Shown: positions 52,491-64,000, counted from the stretch's first letter. The stretch is DNA of 64,000 bases from Lepidodermella squamata (GCA_047495785.1 JBLDXI010000009.1:248001-312000), one strand, 5' to 3'. Notes: a model not told the origin generated them from the sequence alone. Numbers and translations: made by a program.

Positions 52491-55400
52491 TGTTGTTGTT
52501 GATGATGTTGTTGCTGCTGTTGTTGCTGCTGTTGAATTTGTTGCTGAACTTGTTGCTTAAACGCAGCCATGGCAGCTTGGCTAGGCCCCATTGAATGCAA
52601 ATTTTTCGAATTCGGATTCAAAGGAGGCGGCGACGGTGCCACCGGAGTACCCGGTTGCTGTTGCTGCTGGGGTGTCTTGTTGGCCAGAGATGACAACACC
52701 CCGGCGGGTGGGGTGCCGGCAGTTGCTGCTCTAATAATGTTCTGAAGCAGCTGCGAATGAGCCGGCCCGGTATGACTGGTCGGCGGCTGTGGTAATTGCT
52801 GATTCGGGGTGGAGTGCTGCTGTTGCTGCTGATGAGCGGCCTGCGACGAATTCGGCGGCGGCGAGCTGATTCGGCCAAAGTGCTCGGCAATCAGCTGGTC
52901 CATCAAGATGCGAGTAGTGAGCATTGGTGCCGGCGGCTTGCCCATTTCATTGCTGTTGCTGTTACTGCTCGCGGATGAGGGCTGCGGGGGCGGCGTGGCT
53001 GAGATTGGTCCGCTTGATGGTGCCATGGCGGCTGGCTGTTGACCCGACGAACTCAGAGACCGGGCTACGCGTTGCTGTAAAACAAGTGCATCATTAGCGC
53101 TTTATTGCGCGCAAATCAATCAACGCACACGTCAAATCAAAGGCGCGAGCGGTGAAATCAATGAGCATTGCATACACGCGCACAATATATGTTAAGCTTT
53201 CGGCCTATATCCTCAAGTTTTGTTCTTTCTGCAACAATGATCGACTACAATACGTTTTTGGAGGCGCTGGAGGAGTATCGAAAAAATCCAGGTAAGAATG
53301 GGCTCATTTTAGCCAAAAAATTGTAATTTTTCTCAACCTCAGACGGGTCAACTCAAATAGAAAGCAATCGCGAAACAGCGCAGCCGCAAGTACAGAAGCC
53401 CGAGCCGCAAGCGATAGCAACGCAAAAGCCGGAGAAATCAGCCCAGCAGCCGCAAGAACAGGGTTGTGCTTTCTGCATCAGCAACAAAGAGCGACCGACT
53501 ATTTACAAGAGTCACAGCATCAAAGACGAGCAGGGGCGAGTCACGTGCCCAGTCCTACGCGCCTACATCTGCCCGCTATGCTCGGCAACAGGCGACAACG
53601 CTCACACGATTCGCTACTGCCAACGAACGGCTGTGGGCGCGCGAACAAGCGGGTTTTTACGCACGCCGAGAAACAGCGCTGGGCGTGTTATCCGCCAACA
53701 GAAGCCGTGAATTCAATGTACTAACGCTGCTAACTAACACTGATTTTTAATCAATAAAATATTATAAATACTCACTAAAGGTTGTGCTTGAGCTTGCTGT
53801 TGATGTTGTTGTTGTTGCTGTTGCATCTGAAGTTGCTGGTACTGCAGTTGAAATTGCTGCAACTGCTGTTGCTGCTGCTGAGCCATCTTCTCTTCAGGCG
53901 TCAAAGTTTGCTGTTGCCTCATTTCATTTTCGATACGCTCTAGAACCGATGCTGAAACTATGACCGATTTCGGGACAGACTTGGGCGATTGCCGAGCAGC
54001 CGGGTCTAACGCTTTAGCCGCGTTTAAAATTGATAAACCAGCCTGAGGCTGATGATGCTGTTGTTGCTGCTGCTGTTGCGCGTGCGCTGGAGGCGGCTTG
54101 CTCGGAGGTAAAGCAGCCATGATTTGTTGAAGGGAAACAGTCGGCTCCGTGAAAATCGGAGTGCCATGCGTTATCGAACCCATCGGAGTCGCCAAACGTG
54201 GCCGAGGCGCCTCCTGTGGCGGAGAAGTTGCCAGCAGGGCTGGAGGTGCCGGCTGGTTGAGATTTTTCGTTATAACAGGCGCTTGACTCGACTGCTGTTG
54301 AGGCGTTGGGGGTTTCGGTGCCTCGATTTTGACGGGTACAACAGGCTCTGGTGGTGCCTTTTCTTCAACTTTGATCACCACAATAGGCTGGGTCACCGGA
54401 GCAGGCGGCTGCGTTGGCGCTGGCGTGAACGATTGAGGAGCATTTGGTCTCAGAGTTGACAAACTGCTCAATCCTGGAGCCATGACAGCCTGGCCAGTGC
54501 CAATTCCTCCAGCAGGTGCGGCTAGTAACGACATACCAGGACGTAAAAATGCCGAAGGATGAGGAGTATCGGGCGAAGCACGCTCTCCTGATAGCTGTTT
54601 ATCGATAGCTTCAGCCAGAAAATCTCGGATAGTCGATGGGTTGGGAGGCACAGGCGTCAAAGCAGGAACAGTGCTATCCGGTGACTTGGAGCGCTTTTCT
54701 TGAATTGGCGGAGGCGAAGGTTCGACCGGCCGAGGTTTGTCCACTTCCATTTTCTCGTCCGGCGACTTGAGGGCAACTTTCGGAGAGATCGAAGCAACCT
54801 GTGGCGGCTGCGGTTGCTGCTGAGGCTGTTTTACGGGTGAAATAACTGAGACAGGAGTAGGCTGAATCACCTCAACAGGTGGTTCCGATTCTGTCTTGAC
54901 AACAACGGAAATTTCGGACGAAATCTTGACGGGCTCTTCAACAAGTGGTTTCGGTTCTTCGACTGTTCGAATGACGACTGTTGGCGGCGGCGGTGGCATC
55001 GGATCAGCTGAACTCGTATCCATAGGGGTTACTTCGTTATTTTCACTGGCAACGACATTCTGGTCCTTGGCATCGTCAGCTGGCTTCACCATATCTTCTT
55101 TGTCAACCGTGCTGTTCTCAGCGGTTGCAGCCGCCGAAGCCGCAGCTTTTTCCGCCCGTTCCTGGTTCGCAACCTTCGCCTTAATTTTGCGCTTCAGATC
55201 GACAAGGCGGTCTAAACGCAGATCACACTTTCGGCTGAAGTAGAAATTGCGGCATTCTGAAGCGGTTCTCGTTCCGACCGCTTCACTGACGGCAGCCCAG
55301 TTGCGGCCGTTGTTATAAAGCGCCGTTTTCAGCTCTTCGACCTCATCCGCAGCCCACTGAGCATCCTCGGCAACTGAAACCAGCCAGCTGTTCGTCGACA

Positions 55401-57507
55401 TGCGCTCGCTGGAGTCAGAGCAAGTCTCAGACTCACCTCGGCGCCGCATTTTCCGGCTCTGGCCGTTCTCGCGGTCGTCGCCACCACCAAACGCAGTGCC
55501 AGGCGAGTCAGACATCGCGCTGGCGATGCGCTTCCGGATGCGCTGGAAACAATTGGCACAGCACTGGGTGCCACCAGCGGCTGGGATACCGAATTCGGTT
55601 AAAATATTGTCGCGGACATCTGTGGCCAAGCGCGGCCATTTAGCCGGCAAAGCCTTCAGCCGTGCCAATCGGCGCTTAGGGGTGCGACACGTTGGCAGTG
55701 GGCACTGAAAGAACTTCGAATTCACAACATTGGACCAACAAGAGTGGCAAACTCGAGGATTCGCAGCGGTGTCAATCTCTTTGCAACCATCTTTAACAGG
55801 CTCCTTGGCCTTATTTTTATCCGGTTCTTCCGAAGTAGATGTAGCACTTTCTGTAGCTTTAATTCCAAATAATTCAGATCGAGCTGCATCAACAGCTCGT
55901 GAGTAACTGTAACTTTCCAACTTGATGCCACATGAATGGCATACATGGGATTCAGCTGATTCACCTTCATCTGAGTCTTGTTGTTCAGAAGCAGACGCAG
56001 CAGCATCTTCATTGTCATCCTTTGTTTTGCTCTTCTCCTCTTTATTTCTCTCAGCATTAGCACTACCGGCAGCAGCACCCCGCCTGGGCAATGTTTGTTC
56101 AGCATCCGTGGATTGGCTAGCGGTCTAGAAGATAAACACAAATATGACTTCAACTACTCGAATAGCTCTTAGAAGGTCAAACCTGAACACGCATCAAAGT
56201 TTTCGTCTTTGGACGAGGTCGAGGATAACGCTTAACCAAAGCTTTGTAGCCTTGTTGATGCTTTGTTGCATAATAATAGTGAACGCAATCCGAGACGGAC
56301 TTTCTCGGCAAAGCAGCCGCAATCGCAACAAAATCTTTGGGACGCTGAGCGAATTTTTCGCGGAAAACTGCTCGATCCCTATCAGTCCACTTGCTTCGAG
56401 CTGTGCTTTGCCAGCGTTGGAAAACGAGGTACGGGTCTTTCATAAACCCATTGCGATTTATCAAACGGCAACGATCTTCTGGGCCAAGCATCGTAGGAAC
56501 GACACACGCTGCGGTTCGCATGCGTTTCTCCTCTTCCTCTTTCTCTTGCAGATTGTCAAGGATTTGATCAATGTCGACGTCACTTTTGGCAAATCCTGTA
56601 GCCGTAACATTTCTGGCTCCTAATCGCTGACAGCGCTCGCGCTCCTCGCGCTGTTTACGTAGCTCAGGAAATATCTTCTCGAAATACTCACGCGTTTTTT
56701 CACGCTTGGCCCTGGTGAAGTGCATAAAATTATACAGCTTTTCGAAGAGATTTAAACGCTAAATTACTTCCGCTTTGGATCATTCTCAAATTCTTCAACA
56801 GTTCGAAGCCACTGTTCGTGAAGTTCGTCATGCTGCTTTGCGAGGATTTCTTCCTAAAATCGTGAAATCGTGAAACCAAGTATAATCAGTGATGACCAAT
56901 TTACTTGTTTAGCTTCGTTTTCAAGTTTTCTCTTGATCATTGAGACTAGTTTTTGCTTGAAGCCATTCGCGAATCTAACATTTGAATAATAAGTTTGAGA
57001 GAACGTAACTGGCCTTGAGGTTTTACTTTGCGCGGATCTCTTGAAGCTGTGGAATGTCTGCAGGTTGATTGTAAAGAGGCTGTTTTACAATCAGAAAATC
57101 AAATAAAGAAATGATAATTTAGCAATAAAATATACCAATGCAGAATGTGATGCAGCCAGAAAAGAATGCTGCTGCTGCGCTTTTCTCTGTAAATTTCGAT
57201 GACAGCTCAAGAGATTATGTCACAAACTGTAAAATATTTACCCTGTTTTCAGCGTAAACTCTCATTATAAAATTATTGTCGACGTTTATTTCATCTTCGA
57301 GCTTGGCGGATGATAAAACTTCGGGATCATATACGCGCAGCCCATCTTCCAAAGATTTCTATAGCAGCGAAATGAGTTAATGCTTTATTCACAATTCACA
57401 CGCCAAGAAATACTTACATGTCTCTGCCTAACCGTTTCAATTTCAGTTTTGAGTGCAGATATTTGCACTTCTATCAGGCTTAATTCTTCTTTCTCTTGAA
57501 AATACAT
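50949..57507 (-). CDS. NCOR1: Nuclear receptor co-repressor NCoR/SMRT (SMRTER/GEI-8) orthologue, multi-exon
   Basis: GPS2-interacting region (VYAENR, PLYNQPAD, REYFEKIFPELRKQRE); SANT1/DAD (WTDRDRAVFREKF..PKDF..KSVSDCVHYYY.TK); SANT2 (W...E...L...GRNWAAVSEAVGTRTASECRNFYF); GSITHGTP motif; CoRNR-box-like TIRDFLAEAI and TTRILMDQLIAEHF; FEPISP. The 5' end is approximate, since small upstream exons are possible. Confidence 0.9.
52351..52555 (-). repeat. Coding CAG/CAA polyglutamine tract in NCoR
   Basis: Visible (TGC/TGT)n runs on the + strand; they translate to long polyQ runs in ORF 52265..53026. Confidence 0.9.
53113..53191 (+). promoter_or_regulatory. Candidate nanos proximal promoter with three AAATCAA motifs and a TATA-like element
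   Basis: AAATCAA at 53113, 53134 and 53155 (21-bp period); AATATATG near 53184; lies 46-124 bp upstream of the nanos ATG. Confidence 0.35.
53237..53710 (+). CDS. nanos: Nanos (double CCHC zinc finger), 2 exons, 140 aa, nested antisense in an NCoR intron
   Basis: Exon 1 53237-53291 (MIDYNTFLEALEEYRKNP), intron 53292-53342 (gtaag...ctcag, 51 nt), exon 2 53343-53710. Exon 2 encodes CAFCISNKERPTIYKSHSIKDEQGRVTCPVLRAYICPLCSATGDNAHTIRYC, which is exactly C-x2-C-x12-H-x10-C-x7-C-x2-C-x7-H-x4-C, followed by TPRNSAGR and TGA. It is absent from the ORF track because the ATG is in exon 1. Confidence 0.95.
53753..53758 (+). terminator. Candidate polyadenylation signal of nanos
   Basis: AATAAA 43 nt after the nanos stop codon, in AT-rich sequence just inside the host intron boundary (53775). 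Confidence 0.5.
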
Positions 57508-58722
57508 CAAGTGATAATCAATCTATACAAATTTCAAAGTCGATACGTCGAAACATGAAAGCTAAATGATAATATATAACCCATATTATTAACGTATTCA
57601 TGCTGTGCGCGTTTGAAAATTGGAAATCCGCCACAACCATAAAGGCAAGTAAGTTTAAACTATCAACCAGCGGCACGGGGCATAAGAAGGCAACTTCTTA
57701 ACCTTATTATTCTTCGCAGTGATTACAATTAGATTGGGAGCATGGTATGAACTCAGATGTAGGGGGAAATTAATGACTAAAAATGCCACCCTTTCAAACC
57801 AAGTATTTCCCGAATCTTTTATCCTAGCATACTCTACTCTCTCTCACGATCTTCAAAACGTTAATTTCATAACTAGCTAAGAAGCTTAGCTCAAGAATAA
57901 AGGATATATATCAATATATCAAATAAGAAATTCATGGCCAGTTGAACGGACGCGGTAGAGATTTCTCGGGCAACCACCTATTTCCCATTTAGGTCATTTA
58001 TCAGCGGACTCTCTAGACCCCTCAAAAACGGAAAGACTGATTCTGCTGGCGCACAAGAATGAAGAGACCAACGGAATTCAAAACTGCATTAATTTGATAA
58101 TGATGCTTATTAAAAAACTCAATTTTCGCGTAGAGCTGTTAAAACAAATTTTGAAATAATAATTCCAGATATCATTATCTGACTGCTATCTGCTGCGAAT
58201 GCGAATCGGTGTTTGTGAACTTGCTATGAACGCGTAGTGCTCACTAAGTTAGAGACCGCCCGACATCCCACATGACTCCAAGTCGTACCAATAGTAAGAA
58301 GATTGCGTTCCGCATTAATCTTAGCTTTGCTACCAGTTGTGGCGCTTCCACCCATTAAGCTAACAGGCAATCACTTCGAGATCGTTTCATTCGCTTTCAG
58401 CTTTCAACTTTCAAGCTGCAATCGACAGTAATTGTAAATGCTGGCGCGGGGGACTGGCACGTGCCTATTCGAAGATATTCGTAGATTAGAGGCTGGCTTG
58501 AGTCAGACGGATATTTACTTTATCCAGCTAAAGTAGCGCTTTTAAGACGTGTTTTTTTCATGTACTTCGAGGAAATCAGCGATGAACAAGCTACTGCGAT
58601 GTTGTAGTTCTACTTCATATCGATTTTGCGTCTGCATCTATACCAGCCAGATCTGATGTGACTAGCTTCGAATGCTGACATTTTGTCATTCTCGTTTTAC
58701 AATGCTTCTATTGTTTTTTAGA

Positions 58723-61700
58723 ATGGCGGAGGACGTCAAGCATGTCTTGCAGACTTGCTTGGAATTACATAAAATGATTGATGCCATATCACTAGCAATC
58801 GATCAGCTTAGGCAGCAACAATCAAGCTCAACTGGAAATGACCGCCTTACCGAAAGCTTCGCAGATAATTACACACGTAAAATGCTGGAGGATAACGAAG
58901 TAATCGCTGTGTATTCTGAGTCAGTCGTGCTCTTACTTTTTTGTTTTCCTTCCTATTCTTATAGACCAATATGCTCAAGTTTCTTGGTCGCTATCTCTCT
59001 GAAAAAGAAAAACTTCATAAGCTTAATGTCTCATCTTTACCTGATTCTATTTCGAGCTTCCCTTCGTTCTATCAATGGCTGAAAATCGTGGGTGTTATTA
59101 ATACGATGGTTTGTATTTGTTTTTTATTTGCTCATCTTTTGAGTACGATGAGGATTGTTTTTGTGACACAGGATTCGAATGCATCTGATATTCTTTCGTT
59201 GCCAGTGGAGGATATTTTATGGAAGTCAACCGGCGATGAGATGATAGAGAAGTTATGCTGCTCAGCAACTTTTACGCCTCCCGAGTCCAATGCTTACGTT
59301 CTTCGTACGATAATGACAGCTACTAAGAACCTTCGATATTGCATAAGTCAGTAGAATTTCAATTCAAATTGCCTGATTTTATAGAATGATTTCTAGATTG
59401 TCTACGCACAAATACATATTGTGATCCTGACAAGTTGTCGTGGTCTCACACGGAGGTATCGGCATCGCAAATTCAGCGAAATATGTCTACTTCGTCAAAT
59501 AAATCTGCCAAATCTAATAATAATTTCAACAAGCAATCATTGGTAGCTGGATCGTTGAATCCAACCAATATCCGCGCCAAGAATAAGTAAGTTTTCCATA
59601 TAATTTCGACATTCCATTTTCGCAACTGTTATACGTCTAGTTTGAATCCAAATGATCCGGTAGCCTTAATTTCCCAATTGGTGGCCGAAGCTGAAGTTAT
59701 CAGTCCTTTACAATGTTCCGACAATCTGAGACCTCGCATTGCCGCTGTGCAGGCTTCCGAAAACAGTGCTACAATGCCATCTGGAGGAACCATTCCAAGG
59801 CGCTCTCTTACCCCAAGAGATGCAACCATTAGCACGCTCAATTCCAGTGATGCCGAGGAGCAACTAGCTTTGCGGACTTGGAAAGATATTGACGGAGTAG
59901 TGAGGCGTTACTCAAATACTAATAAAGGCAGTAAACGCAAAGGTTTATGGGACAAATTTATGACTTGGTCAGCACGACGGCATCTCCGCTCAAGTAGCAA
60001 ATCAGGCAAAGCTACGTTGGAAAGAGGCCCATCGCTGGTAAATGAACGAACCAATTATGTAGGCCCGCCGCGTCGCTTAGTGTCTGATCCTGGTAAGAAT
60101 GAAAGCAATCAGCCGATATCGCCATCTATTCTAACTGGAAAGTCGAAAACCCCTCCCGCTAATACTTCAGAAAATTCTTCGAGCCACACGATGCGTTGTA
60201 TGATACATGTATTCACTGGGCATCGCGTATTTCTTCACAAATGTGATTATTGCCATCGTCCAATGGCTTTCTCGTGCGTAATATGCACACTCTGCAGGTA
60301 AATACTGTTTTTTATCAATATGCAACTACCTAAAACTGATTTATTTCACAGAATGCGAGTGCATTCTTCTTGTGCCACCAACTTGCCGAAAATTTATTTG
60401 AACTCATTCAAGATGTCTAGCAGTAGTTCTTCCAAACTATATTCATCTACGATTGATTCGTCTCCATCTCCACAACCTGCAGTGGTATTTCAGTCTCCGT
60501 CGCCCATTGAGAATTTGTCACCTCCGTCGCCCCCACCATCACCCCCTTCTCAAGTGCTCCCGCCTTCCAACATTCCTCATGCCGAAACGGTCGCTGAATC
60601 CGCTATCGCAAATTTTGATTCTGATGGAGAACTATTACCGGCTATGTCTGCACCCGCCTTCCCGAAGTCTCCAGGCTACTACGCTCGCCAGAATGGGGAG
60701 CCGAACACTGGTGAGAGGCAAGGTAGCATAGATAGTGCTGATGGTGGTGGAATTTTCGTTTTCCCGCGTCGCAACACTGAAGCGGGCGCTTCAGCAGCTA
60801 TTGCCAACATACCTGAAGAAGGAACATCACCGCCTAGCTCACCTAGCTACAATTACTCGACAAGCTTTTCGGCCGACAAGTCGCGTGTAGATTCGGCAGG
60901 TTCATCCGGTGATTACCAAATGTCAAGTCCGCAGGGTTTCATGAACAGCACCACGGTATCGACACCAGCCAGTTATGCTGAGGGACGAAGACAATTCCGC
61001 CGACCCACTCGGATGAGCACAGTAAATATTTTGAACTGCTGTATACTGTTTAATATAGATCTAACCTATTTTTAGTTTTCCGAGTGGTCTGTTACGCTCA
61101 AGGAATGGCTTATTCCGTTCAGCGAAGTCACACGCGAACCGAAGCCCATTGTCAGAGGTCATTATACGACTGTTTATCGTGGAATATGGCACGGCGATGT
61201 TGCCGTGAAGGTTTTTCACGGCCTCGAAGAAAACGAGGAGAGCAATAAGGCCCCGTTTTTCAGCTCGGAGCAGTTGGTTCGAACCTTCCGTGACGAAGTA
61301 GCCATCTTACCACATACGCGTCATGAAAACCTTGTGCTATTTCTGGGTGCCTCTATCGATAATGAACAGCTTGTTATTATGTCGACATTCTGCAAAGGTC
61401 GCACCCTAGACTCGGTGATCTTCGCGAACGGCTATAGCACCGGCAACGCATCTCGGTCTGCCAGTGCCGGTGGCAGTGGCAGTGCAAGCAGCACGTTGCA
61501 CCACAATGTGACTTCTCCTCAGGGAAATAATGACCAGTACTCGACGATGCTGAGTACAGCCGATAGCCTGTTGTATTCGGCCACGCAAATCGCCCAGGCA
61601 GTGGCATATCTGCACAATAAGGGCATTTTGCACAAAGACCTGCGGCTGCGCAATATTTTTATTGAGGCTAATGGCCGAATTTTACTCTCTGACTACGGCA

Positions 61701-62335
61701 TTTTCAACGCGACCCGCCTGGCGACAAATCGGCATCCTGACGTGCTGTTCCTTTCGCGAAGCTGGCTGTTCTGCTTGGCGCCCGAACTTGCCCGCTCGCT
61801 AACCATCTCGCCGGCCACATTCGCTCTGCCAGATATGAACCTACCGTTTTCAGAGAAATCTGACGTTTTCTCGTTTGGTTGCGTTTGGTTCGAGCTGCTG
61901 CACCGTTCACCGGCGGTTCAAAACACATCGGAGGACTGCCATGTAATAATTTATGAGCGCGGTACTTGTAGGATGCCTGAATCTCGCACGCCTCCGGTTG
62001 TGATGGGCTTGCCCATGGAAAATTGTCACGAGCTTCTTTATGCCTGTTGGGCTGATGACCCTAATGACCGGCCCCGTTTCGCAGACATTATCACTTCTTT
62101 GGAAAAGTTGTCTCCCCTATTGGCCTCAGCCGCGGCTGTTGGCATTTCCGGCGGTGGAATCGCGGCCAACTCGCACAGTCGGACGAACCGTTCACACCTC
62201 GGCTCGTCTCATCGGTTCGCCCATCACCCTATCCGCTCACCCTCGCAGCCGCTTCGAGGCGGTTCCGCCCGCGGCCCTCGCGGGAATATTTATGGCATGG
62301 AAACTCTCACCGTCGATGATCACTCGCAAAAATAA
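58723..62335 (+). CDS. KSR: Kinase suppressor of Ras (KSR) scaffold/pseudokinase, multi-exon
   Basis: CA1 CC-SAM (QTCLELHKMIDAISLAIDQLR; FPSFYQWLKIVGV), C1 domain (H..F....CDYC.....C..C...VH..C), ERK-docking FxFP (IFVFP), SVTLKEWLIPF, WHGDVAVK, TRHENLVLFLGA, LHKDLR, SDYG, WLFCLAPE, SDVFSFG.VWFELL. Confidence 0.9.
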
Positions 62336-63429
62336 CAAAGAATGACCTATGATTTCCCCTCAAGGCATCGAATATTTGTATTCATATGAAATATACTTAT
62401 TGTATGTGTGCGTTGTTAGCCAATGGATTCCATTGAATCGTTACGGGAAACATTGTTTTGTGTTCTCCGATGCTTATCCTGCTAATATAAATATTATTAA
62501 TCGAGCTGGTATTACCACTGCTATCACAATAACTTATTCTTCTACGCTGCATTCTTTCGACGTCTCGCCTTTTTTGCTGCTAATTCGGCACAAAAACCCG
62601 GCCTTCAGCTTCAAAGAAAAACTCGCTGCTTATTCCTACCAACACGAAACTGTTGTTTTCGCTGACTGACAACTGATGATACCTTGAACCAGTAATTACC
62701 TATGTCTCTATCTTTTGTGCGAAAGTAACCCGCAAAACGTGCCATATCATAGGATCGAATCTTGTGGTTGTTGAACGATTATTTTCTCATTTTTATTCAC
62801 TTGTCTGTATCGACTTGATGGAAAACATGCTTATTTAGTGCCACAAAACTACTTTATGTATGCTGATTCTTGTGCGACACCTGTGCTGATTCTTTGGGAC
62901 GAATTTTCTCTTGAAGCGGTCCATCGCCGATGAAGTTGACGCTGCCTGATAACATCTACTAGCTGTTACTATGTTGTTATATATAAGTTTTGCTGATTCA
63001 ATTTTGTGATCCACTCATATTTTAGAATCCGAGAATATCTTTTTAGAGTATGTTCTGACTGCTGGTAGGCTTATTGTAATTTTATGTGCTTGACTTTTAC
63101 ATGAATATTTTATTTGTATCGGGTGATGGAGAAATTCCTAACGGTGGTGTTTTACCTAAACTCATAACTGCTTGAATCAATTTATCTGCCTGAAACAACG
63201 ATTTCCCAGTTAATTTAATATTAATCGGATTCAATAATATTTCCACAAGATTTTGGCTTATTTTGTTGTATGAAATGATATAACGATAAATTGTTGATAA
63301 TTTAACTGAAAGGGTTGAATAAAGTTCTAGAATGATAACAAGAATCGGAATTATCCATCACCATTTTATTCAAAAATAGCTTAGTTCATAGTGGTATAAA
63401 ACAGATGCAACACACCAAACGAGATGACA

Positions 63430-64000
63430 TTAATCAGTCGGTTTCAATTTGAGAGGTGAATAAGGTATTGGTAGAACTTGACCAGACGCTAAATGACTGT
63501 TGTCAAATTTTCGACAAATGTGGGAGCAGCCGACAAGGAAAGGGATCGAAGCTACCAGTATGATAGAGGTCATCAACAGGCGATAGCTGATCAGTCGACA
63601 TGTCTCCTGCATAAAATAAGGATTGGCAAATTATTATCGTAGTCAACGATATATTAGTGAAGTTAACGCACCGGAGCAAGGTAAGGCGAGTACTTATCAC
63701 CGTCGGATATGAATGTTGGAGAAGCCAATACGCCACCATCCTTGCATACGCGGCGCTCAGAGCCAGCACTTAATTCACCGAGAACACCATCTTTCACGAC
63801 GTGCGGAGCAATAATTGGCCGCAAAACCCTATAAGTAGTGTTTACATCAGCAAACATTTCGACCGGATCTTGATCGTTGAGACACTGTTCATGATGCCTA
63901 AAACGAAAGTTTGCGAGGGCGGTTATAGCGAAGCGCAATATCCTCACCCCTTTGTTGGAAGGAAAGTGCTCGAACCCGAAATGTGAACGCATGTTGATAG
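63430..64000 (-). CDS. Partial gene (3' exons) of unknown protein with C-terminal transmembrane helix
   Basis: Open exons separated by plausible short GT-AG introns (gtgagg...ttttag; gtgcgt...atgcag). The last exon ETCRLISYRLLMTSIILVASIPFLVGCSHICRK...KPTD* contains a hydrophobic helix. The gene runs off the window. Confidence 0.5.

Noticed and set aside
52328-52594. Poly-leucine ORFs on the + strand (also 51408..51821)
   Set aside because: Antisense shadow of NCoR polyQ codons, not membrane proteins.
6001-53710. Germline/mRNA-control gene cluster (4E-T, SMG6, STAG, nanos)
   Set aside because: Interspersed with unrelated housekeeping genes; no evidence of co-regulation from sequence alone.
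53464-53750. ORF-track entries 53464..53724 and 53466..53750
   Set aside because: Wrong frames overlapping nanos exon 2; the third + frame carries the zinc finger.
1-64000. tRNA, rRNA, snRNA, SL RNA or CRISPR arrays
   Set aside because: None recognised by eye; the window is eukaryotic. tRNAscan-SE/Infernal would be needed to exclude small RNAs.

Overview
Eukaryotic DNA from a gene-dense bilaterian invertebrate genome with mostly very short (~45-65 nt) GT-AG introns; the species cannot be determined from the sequence. After manual splicing, 12 full multi-exon genes and one partial gene are supported: a 4E-T/EIF4ENIF1-like translational repressor (-), OSBP (+), SMG6/EST1A (-), the cohesin subunit STAG/SA (-), USP32 (+), a PTB-like protein (+), two tandem peptide-type class A GPCRs (-), an atlastin-derived putative pseudo-GTPase (-), spinster (-), NCoR/SMRT (-), a nanos gene (+), KSR (+) and a partial membrane protein at the right edge (-). 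The standout is the nanos gene: it has two exons, encodes 140 aa with perfect double-CCHC spacing, and is missing from the ORF track. It is nested antisense inside a 701-nt NCoR intron, with a candidate promoter carrying three motifs spaced exactly 21 bp apart and a poly(A) signal next to the host 5' splice site. Second is the atlastin-like protein, which has all four G motifs degenerate, no transmembrane hairpin and an unrecognised Cys-rich C-terminal domain. Intergenic DNA holds remnants of two LINE clades and MITE-like fragments. Positions 1-5900 contain no supportable CDS. All exon boundaries were read by eye and gene starts are approximate where stated.
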